From an uncultured Alphaproteobacteria bacterium (lineage in GTDB: Bacteria > Pseudomonadota > Alphaproteobacteria > Rs-D84), in contig CAXHMP010000001.1 of assembly GCA_964017835.1 (NCBI GenBank), forward strand, positions 9,820 through 73,819: a DNA stretch of 64,000 bases, written 5' to 3'. Under the pieces are notes generated by a model. That model worked only from the letters and a program-made list of their open reading frames with translations. It searched no databases and was not told where the DNA came from. Below are positions 57,813-64,000 of the stretch, in pieces; the stretch's first letter is position 1, and every line of letters begins with the position of its first letter. Made by a program: the position numbers and the translations under genes.

Positions 57813-59198
57813 TTACAACGTTACTGTTTCCTGGATTTGAATATTGCGGATAAATTCTGTATCGTGCGACACCACCAGAACGGCGCCGTGATATTGGCGC
57901 AACGCGTCCATCAGGATTTCGCTGCTTTTGATGTCCAGATTATTCGTTGGTTCGTCCAGTATCAGCAAGTCGGGTTGATTTTTGCTGCCCAAAATGGCAG
58001 CCAGGGTGGCTTTTAATAATTCACCACCCGACAGGACGGCGACCGGTTTGTGACCGGCGTCACCCCGAAAGCCAAAGTTTGCCGCAATCGCGTGGGCGTC
58101 ATGCGGCAAAATGTTGGCAATTTCTGAAATGTTGTCCACCACATCAAGGCGGGGGTCCAACAGATTTAAATCTTGATTAAGACAGGCGGTACGTCCAAAT
58201 ATACGTACAGAACCGGATTGAGGTTGGATGTGACCGCAGATTAGTTTTATCAGCGTGCTTTTCCCCGCGCCGTTGGGGCCGGTTAAGTGGACGCGTTTTT
58301 GGCCCATCATTGAAAAACAAAAATTGTGAAACAGGGGGCTGTTTTCGTACCCGAATGTCATGTTTTCAATTCGAATCAATTCCTTGGCACGACAGGGTTG
58401 GGATGGCATCGGGATTTTGATGACATCATCGCGCAATTGTGTCGTCAGCGTTTGTTGCATGGATTGCTGGGCGGCCATTTTCGCCAGAATCAGGCGGCGT
58501 TTTTTTGCCTCGGTTTCGCTGCTTTTGCCACGCAAAGCGCGGGCGGCAATGCGCGGCCGTTTGACGGTTGCGATTTCTTTCTTTTGTTTTGCCTCGCGAT
58601 GTTGCCGGGTGTTTTGGGCGGTCATCATTGTACGGTTTAATTCGGCAATGCGTTTTTGGGTGTCAACGTATTGCGATTCTAAATTGGCGCGCAAGGCGTC
58701 GCGTTTGGCGACATAAAAATCATAACCGCCGCCATATACCGTTAATTTCCCCGCAGCCAATTCCCAAATGACATCTGCACGACGCAATAATTCGCGGTCG
58801 TGCGATACAATAATCGCCCCACCATTAAAACGGGCCAATCGACCAAAGAATTGTGCGCGCGCCGTTGCATCCAGATTATTTGTCGGTTCGTCCAACAACA
58901 AAATATCGGCGCCGCTGTCAAAGACCCGCGCCAGGTAGTCCGCCTGGCGCTGGCCCCCGCTTTGGGTGTCGTGCGGCTGTATTTGGTCCAGCATTGAAAC
59001 GCGGGCATTATGCACCACGCGCCCCGCTGTCGGGGCCAGGGTGCCGGCAATGATTTTCAAACAGGTACTTTTCCCCGCGCCGTTATCGCCAATCATGGCA
59101 ATAATTTGGTCGGTGCGAACTGTTGCCGTGCAATTGTGCAACAAATCGTCGCATCCATGATGCGCAAAAGAAACATTTATCAAAGAAATGGATTTCAT
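57813..59198 (-). CDS. ABC-F family ATPase (tandem ABC domains)
   Basis: Two Walker A motifs (GDNGAGKST, GPNGAGKST), signature motifs SGGQ and LSGGE, and an inter-domain charged linker. Confidence 0.8.
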   Translation of the reverse strand: MKSISLINVSFAHHGCDDLLHNCTATVRTDQIIAMIGDNGAGKSTCLKIIAGTLAPTAGRVVHNARVSMLDQIQPHDTQSGGQRQADYLARVFDSGADILLLDEPTNNLDATARAQFFGRLARFNGGAIIVSHDRELLRRADVIWELAAGKLTVYGGGYDFYVAKRDALRANLESQYVDTQKRIAELNRTMMTAQNTRQHREAKQKKEIATVKRPRIAARALRGKSSETEAKKRRLILAKMAAQQSMQQTLTTQLRDDVIKIPMPSQPCRAKELIRIENMTFGYENSPLFHNFCFSMMGQKRVHLTGPNGAGKSTLIKLICGHIQPQSGSVRIFGRTACLNQDLNLLDPRLDVVDNISEIANILPHDAHAIAANFGFRGDAGHKPVAVLSGGELLKATLAAILGSKNQPDLLILDEPTNNLDIKSSEILMDALRQYHGAVLVVSHDTEFIRNIQIQETVTL

Positions 59199-59891
59199 AA
59201 GGTAACTCCAATGATATGCAAGCAGTGTTGCCATCCGGCAATCCGAACGGTTTTTTATGGTTAATTTTGCTTACATACGATTCATTGGACGAATACCTTT
59301 TGTTGGTTAATGATACCAAGACTATATGACAAAAAAATGCAAAGTCAACAAATTTGTGTAATGATATTTAAAGACAGCAGGCAAGGGGAAATTTGCTATG
59401 GCTTGACTTTTTCGTATACTTTATCTGTTTTTCAAAAATTATGTTCAATCAAACAAAGAATCAATTGATATCGGTGCCTATTTCGGTGGAAGGTCTATGT
59501 TGGCCGAATATAAACGCGGCTGGCAAAACAGAACGGGCCAGTTTTTTGATTTAATATTGCATCAAAGATAAAAATATCTATTAAGATTCAATCACACTGC
59601 GTTTAGGTTTTGGCATTTATTGCCTTTCGCAGAACCGCGGCATTTTATAACGCTTCCAGGAACATACGTGCCATTTTATGTGGTATGAATTTGCTTACTC
59701 TGTATCGAAAAAATCCGCTACACAATGCCACCGCCGCCTTGCGGCTGAATACATCGCCGAACAATTACCGGATATTGAGATTGTGTATTTATAAATTGAC
59801 CATTTTGTTATTATCGTACAAAAAAAACAAGAACAGAGCCAGACATACAACACTGCCAATAAAATCAAAATACTTCTTCATCAATTATATT

Positions 59892-60230
59892 TTACATTAA
59901 CCAATATAATAGCGATTGAATTATCGGCCAGACAAAAATCCCTATAAATAATCCTGCTAATGGCATCCATAACAATCGTGTTTTATATACAGGGACTAGT
60001 TTATATGTAAGAAACACGAGTCCTGCCAATACACATATAATACTGACAACATCATAGTTAGCCATGCATAAATATCGTGATTTTTCAGATAAATCATAAC
60101 AAAAAGGCCACCACACTTCATTGTATTTTGTAATACGTCCCATTGCCGATAAATCCATCAAAAATACAAACAATGCCCCCCACAGAATCACAGCATTGCA
60201 ATACATGTTTTTTTGCCAATTTATTTTCAT
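59892..60230 (-). CDS. Small polytopic membrane protein (immunity candidate)
   Basis: 112 aa, 3-4 TM segments. Located immediately downstream of the toxin gene in an AT-rich islet. Confidence 0.4.
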   Translation of the reverse strand: MKINWQKNMYCNAVILWGALFVFLMDLSAMGRITKYNEVWWPFCYDLSEKSRYLCMANYDVVSIICVLAGLVFLTYKLVPVYKTRLLWMPLAGLFIGIFVWPIIQSLLYWLM

Positions 60231-60243
60231 GTTACGTTAGTCC

Positions 60244-61371
60244 CTAATATTTTACCTCTACAATTAAATCTTTACCGACAAATTCGAATAGCGCAACAAA
60301 ATTTTTAATATTACTTGTCATATCAATGCAACCGGCAGACCCAGGCGCCCAGCCGCCATGAATGCTGAAATTATCACGACCATATGTATTGGTTTCTTTG
60401 GACGGTTCTAACCAGACACGCGAGCTTCCCCAAGACATTGAAGACCCGGGCCAAGCACCCCTATCAGTAACTTTAGTCGTCCAGCCAACAAGCCAATCTG
60501 TAGCAGACATAAACTGTAGTTTTTCCTGTCTTGCAACATACATCCCTTCTGGGATTGGACCTGTGGATTTCTGGTCTTGATATTCTGGGCTTTGGTAACC
60601 GGAACGACCAGACACCGCATCCCATGATATTGACGGTTTGTTATCTAGATACAATGTAAATTTCTTGCCATCAAATACTGCATAATAACCCGGCTTGGTA
60701 TTAACCGGCTTCTCAAATGTTGCTTTTTCTGGCGGGGTGTTGGCCATCTTTTCTGGCGTTGATGCTGGTTCCTTTGCTGAAAATGGCTTGCTGCTGATAG
60801 TATTGCCATCTGAATCTATTACATCCTCGGTTATGCTGCATCGGCAATTGGGATGCACCGGGGTGGAAGGGATGTCATCTTCGCTTTCATATATTTCGCC
60901 ATCGCGCGATGCACACGCGGAACAGGTGTTATCGCCATCTTCACTATGCCAACGCCATACGCGCCGTGGTTTGTCGTTTGGCATATCATCATCGTCCTCT
61001 GGCAGGTCAAGGGTATAAACCTCTAGCTGTTTATTTTCTATTGTGCCCAACGGCATCAGAACACGAACATCTATGGTTTCTTCTAAGTCTACATAGTCTT
61101 CAACATCTATCCGGCGACCGGCTTCTTCATATTCTGCTTCGGCATTGGCTATTGCTTCTTCTAGCGCAGACTCTAATGCCTTTTGGGCCTTACGAAATTG
61201 CTCTAATGTCATATCGTATTTTGGTTCGGTCATGCGTCCGGTGGCATCTTGGGCCAACGCACCCGGATACAGCATTTTTAAATATTTTTCTGCCATAGCA
61301 TACGTATTGCTGTTTTTATCCATATATGCGGGCGATGACATCAGCGTTCGCAAAAATTGTGGTGTTTTCAT
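60244..61371 (-). CDS. Orphan polymorphic toxin: MuF C-terminal fragment fused to a Tlde1/YkuD-like L,D-transpeptidase domain
   Basis: MuF motif CSACASRDGEIY...PVHPNCRCS in the middle. C-terminal GPIPEGMYV...FSIHGGWAPGSAGCID (His, then Ser-x-Gly-Cys). Confidence 0.5.
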   Translation of the reverse strand: MKTPQFLRTLMSSPAYMDKNSNTYAMAEKYLKMLYPGALAQDATGRMTEPKYDMTLEQFRKAQKALESALEEAIANAEAEYEEAGRRIDVEDYVDLEETIDVRVLMPLGTIENKQLEVYTLDLPEDDDDMPNDKPRRVWRWHSEDGDNTCSACASRDGEIYESEDDIPSTPVHPNCRCSITEDVIDSDGNTISSKPFSAKEPASTPEKMANTPPEKATFEKPVNTKPGYYAVFDGKKFTLYLDNKPSISWDAVSGRSGYQSPEYQDQKSTGPIPEGMYVARQEKLQFMSATDWLVGWTTKVTDRGAWPGSSMSWGSSRVWLEPSKETNTYGRDNFSIHGGWAPGSAGCIDMTSNIKNFVALFEFVGKDLIVEVKY

Positions 61372-61489
61372 TTGTGATTCCTTTGCTTAAATAAAAAAAG
61401 CCCGCGTGCGGCGGGACATAAAAAAACGGCGACAAAAGTCGTCCTTGTTCATGATTTTATTATATCACAAATTGCAATAAAAATCAATA

Positions 61490-61569
61490 GTATCCCTTCG
61501 TCCCGCCAGTTAAAATCAAAAACCACCCGTTCGGGTGGTTTTAAGATTTTAATTTCTGGCGGAGACGAA
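61490..61569. repeat. 80-bp direct repeat, copy 1 (tRNA-Ser trailer with terminator hairpin plus 13 nt of the tRNA 3' end)
   Basis: Identical to 61694..61773. Hairpin aaaaccacccgttcgggtggtttt. Confidence 0.7.
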
Positions 61570-61693
61570 TTCCTGTCCTCGACAAACAATAACAAAAATC
61601 ACAAAAAACTCTGATTAACCACATCCGTTTTTTGGATTTTTGTAAGATTGTTCGTCTTCGTATTCGTGCGGCGCCGACATCGTCGGCTGGCAC

Positions 61694-61779
61694 GTATCCC
61701 TTCGTCCCGCCAGTTAAAATCAAAAACCACCCGTTCGGGTGGTTTTAAGATTTTAATTTCTGGCGGAGACGAAGGGATT
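61694..61779. repeat. 80-bp direct repeat, copy 2, plus a 19-nt copy of the tRNA-Ser 3' end
   Basis: tggcggagacgaagggatt is identical to the 3' end of tRNA-Ser at 61931..61949. Confidence 0.7.
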
Positions 61780-61930
61780 GACTTCGCCGACCTTGCAAAA
61801 TCGTGCTGCGCACGACCGGCGTACGCCCGTCCGCCTTTTTGCGGCGGTTCGAACCCTTTCTTCGGGTTCGAATCCCAGACGACGACAGCCGATAATAAAA
61901 AATGCCCAACCGGGCATTTTTTATTATCAG

Positions 61931-62021
61931 TGGCGGAGACGAAGGGATTCGAACCCTTGATACCGTTGCCGGTATACTACATTTCCAATGTAGCGCACTA
62001 GACCAACTATGCGACGTCTCC
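61931..62021 (-). tRNA. tRNA-Ser(GGA)
   Basis: 91-nt cloverleaf with a long variable arm. Anticodon loop TTGGAAA. Encoded CCA. Confidence 0.85.
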
Positions 62022-62029
62022 GTATCTTG

Positions 62030-62422
62030 TTATTCGGCGGCAACTTCGGCCATTTCTTCGCCGGCGATTTCCGCCGCGGTTTCGTCCGAAATATCCGCCG
62101 CGTCATCAACCAATGCGTTTTCCAATTCGGCATCGATTTCACGCAACATCGGATCTTCGTTTTCGACTTCCAATGTTTCTTCGCCCGCGTTCGAAATCGG
62201 ATTTTCTTTGTACGATTGCACAAATTCATGACGAACGCCCGCGATATCCAATTTGCCACTGGCAATTTCGCGCAGGGCGACAACCGTCAGTTTGTCGTCA
62301 TCTTTGTCCACAACAGATTCCACGCCACCGTTCAAATCACGAACACGCTGGGACGCCAACATCCCCAGTTCAAAACGGCTGTCTACAAATGGTAAAGTAT
62401 CTGAATTTGTTGTACGGGCCAT
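62030..62422 (-). CDS. rpoZ: DNA-directed RNA polymerase subunit omega
   Basis: N-terminal [17 protein letters not shown]...[13 protein letters not shown] matches RpoZ. Acidic C-terminal tail. Confidence 0.8.
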   Translation of the reverse strand: MARTTNSDTLPFVDSRFELGMLASQRVRDLNGGVESVVDKDDDKLTVVALREIASGKLDIAGVRHEFVQSYKENPISNAGEETLEVENEDPMLREIDAELENALVDDAADISDETAAEIAGEEMAEVAAE

Positions 62423-62474
62423 TATTAAATTCCTTTGTTGAAATCGTTCGAAACCCCGTTATAATGCCCTATGG

Positions 62475-63704
62475 ATGCGAAAAATGCAAGCAGAAAATAT
62501 AAAAACTTTATCTTTTGGGTGTCGATTGAATGCGTTGGAATCGGAAAAGATTCAATTAATGCTGGGGCCGGTGATTGATGCGGCGATTGTCATTAATACA
62601 TGCGCCGTCACCCACGAAGGTGAACGTCAATCGGCCCAGGCGGTACGCCGGGTGGCCCGTGAAAACCCGGGTGTCCCCATTTTTGTCACCGGATGCGCCG
62701 CGTCGCGCAATCCGGCGCTGTTTGTCGACATTCCAAACGCTATTGTTATTCATAACCGGGACAAGCGACGGCTGGACGCCTATACCGATGCGTTGGCTTT
62801 GCGGGGGCTGGGTGGCCCGGTGGACGCCACCATTCGGTTGCCGGGACGCGATGCAATATTGTCCAAGAAATATATCCAGGTGCAAAACGGATGCAATCAT
62901 GATTGCGCCTATTGCGTGACGCGTTTGGTGCGCGGGCCGGCGGTATCGTTTGATTACACTGATATCTTGGCCGATGCCCGGGCGGCCGTCGAAAACGGGT
63001 TTTATGAAATCGTGCTGACGGGGGTTGATACCGCCAGTTATGCTCGTGGCGGGATGCTGATATCCGATGTCTGTGCGGCATTGTTGCATGATGTGCCGCA
63101 AATCCAGCGATTACGTTTGTCGTCGTTGGACCCGGCATCGCCCCAGATTTACCAGATTTTGGATTTGATGGCCCGCGACGCGCGTATGATGGGGCATGTG
63201 CATTTATCGATGCAGTCGGGTTCGGATACTATTTTGTCTGCGATGCGGCGGCGGCACAGTGCCGACATGGTGCGTCAATTGGTGCGCTATGCCCCCCGCG
63301 TGACATTCAGTTGGGACATTATCTGTGGTTTCCCGGGGGAAACCGACGAATTGTTTGATGAAACGCTGGACTTGGCGCGCCAATTGCGGCCCATCCATAT
63401 TCATGCGTTTCCGTTTTCCCCGCGTCCCGGCACCCCGGCCGCCGACATGCCGGGCCAAGTATCGCGGGATGTATCCAAATCGCGCGTTCATGAAATCACA
63501 AAAATCGCCGATGCGGCGCGCATGAAACACATGGCGTCGCGCATTGGCACCGTCACCAATATTTTGGTTGAAAACAATAACATGGCGCGCGACCCGCATG
63601 ATATACCGGTGCGTATTGCCGGTGCAGCTGTGCCACCGCGCACCATTTGCGATGTCAAAATAACCGATATGGATGGGGATGTGTTCATCGCCACCCAGAT
63701 ATAA
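62475..63704 (+). CDS. MiaB/MtaB-family radical SAM tRNA methylthiotransferase
   Basis: N-terminal MTTase domain (FGCRLN...NTCAVT), radical SAM CNHDCAYC, and a TRAM-like C-terminus. Confidence 0.8.
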   Translation: MRKMQAENIKTLSFGCRLNALESEKIQLMLGPVIDAAIVINTCAVTHEGERQSAQAVRRVARENPGVPIFVTGCAASRNPALFVDIPNAIVIHNRDKRRLDAYTDALALRGLGGPVDATIRLPGRDAILSKKYIQVQNGCNHDCAYCVTRLVRGPAVSFDYTDILADARAAVENGFYEIVLTGVDTASYARGGMLISDVCAALLHDVPQIQRLRLSSLDPASPQIYQILDLMARDARMMGHVHLSMQSGSDTILSAMRRRHSADMVRQLVRYAPRVTFSWDIICGFPGETDELFDETLDLARQLRPIHIHAFPFSPRPGTPAADMPGQVSRDVSKSRVHEITKIADAARMKHMASRIGTVTNILVENNNMARDPHDIPVRIAGAAVPPRTICDVKITDMDGDVFIATQI

Positions 63705-63734
63705 AAATACCCCGGCATTGACCGGGGCCGTTTT

Positions 63735-64000
63735 TTATTCGGGTAAAAATCCCCCCGATTGCAGTTTCCACAACCGTGCGTATTCACCGCCGCGCCGCAA
63801 CAGGGCGTTGTGCGTTCCCGATTCCACAATGCGGCCGTTTTTCAGAACGATAATCCGGTCCATATTGCGCAGGGTGGACAATCGGTGTGCAATCGCGATG
63901 GTTGTGCGCCCGCGGGCCAATTCTTCAAACGATTTTTGAATGGCGACCTCGGTCTGGGAATCCAGGGCGGATGTTGCCTCGTCCAGAATCAGAATAGGGG
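63735..64000 (-). CDS. ABC exporter ATP-binding domain (C-terminal part; gene continues beyond the window)
   Basis: [11 protein letters not shown]-like Walker B and IAHRLST H-loop. The 5' end lies outside the window. Confidence 0.7.
   Translation of the reverse strand, partial: PILILDEATSALDSQTEVAIQKSFEELARGRTTIAIAHRLSTLRNMDRIIVLKNGRIVESGTHNALLRRGGEYARLWKLQSGGFLPE

Overview
This window is an alphaproteobacterium-like chromosomal segment at about 50% GC. It carries housekeeping genes: rnj, a class A PBP, comM, lepB, rnc, secG, era, queA, tgt, lysS, cspA-like, rpoZ and a MiaB/MtaB-family methylthiotransferase. Three tRNA loci interrupt it (tRNA-Glu, tRNA-Gly, tRNA-Ser), and each shows integration scars.

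The largest feature is a roughly 27.8 kb complete-looking temperate prophage at 19528..47358, integrated into tRNA-Gly(GCC). It is bounded by a 53-bp duplication of the tRNA 3' end (attL 19528..19580, attR 47305..47358).
- Leftward early operon: tyrosine integrase, AlpA-like excisionase, SSB, a YqaJ/RecT recombination pair, RusA, NinB-like and replication-like proteins.
- A divergent XRE-family repressor with an apparently leaderless mRNA, and a sigma70 consensus promoter followed by two intrinsic terminators upstream of the late genes.
- Late genes: terminase, portal, MuF-like protein, scaffold, capsid, tail and baseplate genes, and an Ala/Ser-repeat tail fiber.
- Lysis cassette: holin, nested Rz/Rz1-like spanins and an M15 endolysin.
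- A HicAB toxin-antitoxin pair next to attR.

Outside the prophage:
- Tandem pseudo-tRNA-Gly/att relics follow attR.
- The tRNA-Glu locus has a duplicated tRNA 3' fragment and 75-bp direct repeats flanking an AT-rich cargo that encodes a transglutaminase-like cysteine protease.
- The tRNA-Ser locus has duplicated trailer and att fragments next to an AT-rich islet. The islet encodes an orphan toxin (a MuF C-terminal fragment fused to a Tlde1/YkuD-like L,D-transpeptidase domain) and a small membrane immunity candidate.
- A dCMP-deaminase/MazG fusion gene splits rnc from era.
- A 466-aa protein downstream of lysS carries RelA/SpoT-like synthetase motifs.
- Prophage moron genes sit near a C10 homopolymer.

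No CRISPR arrays or rRNA genes are present.
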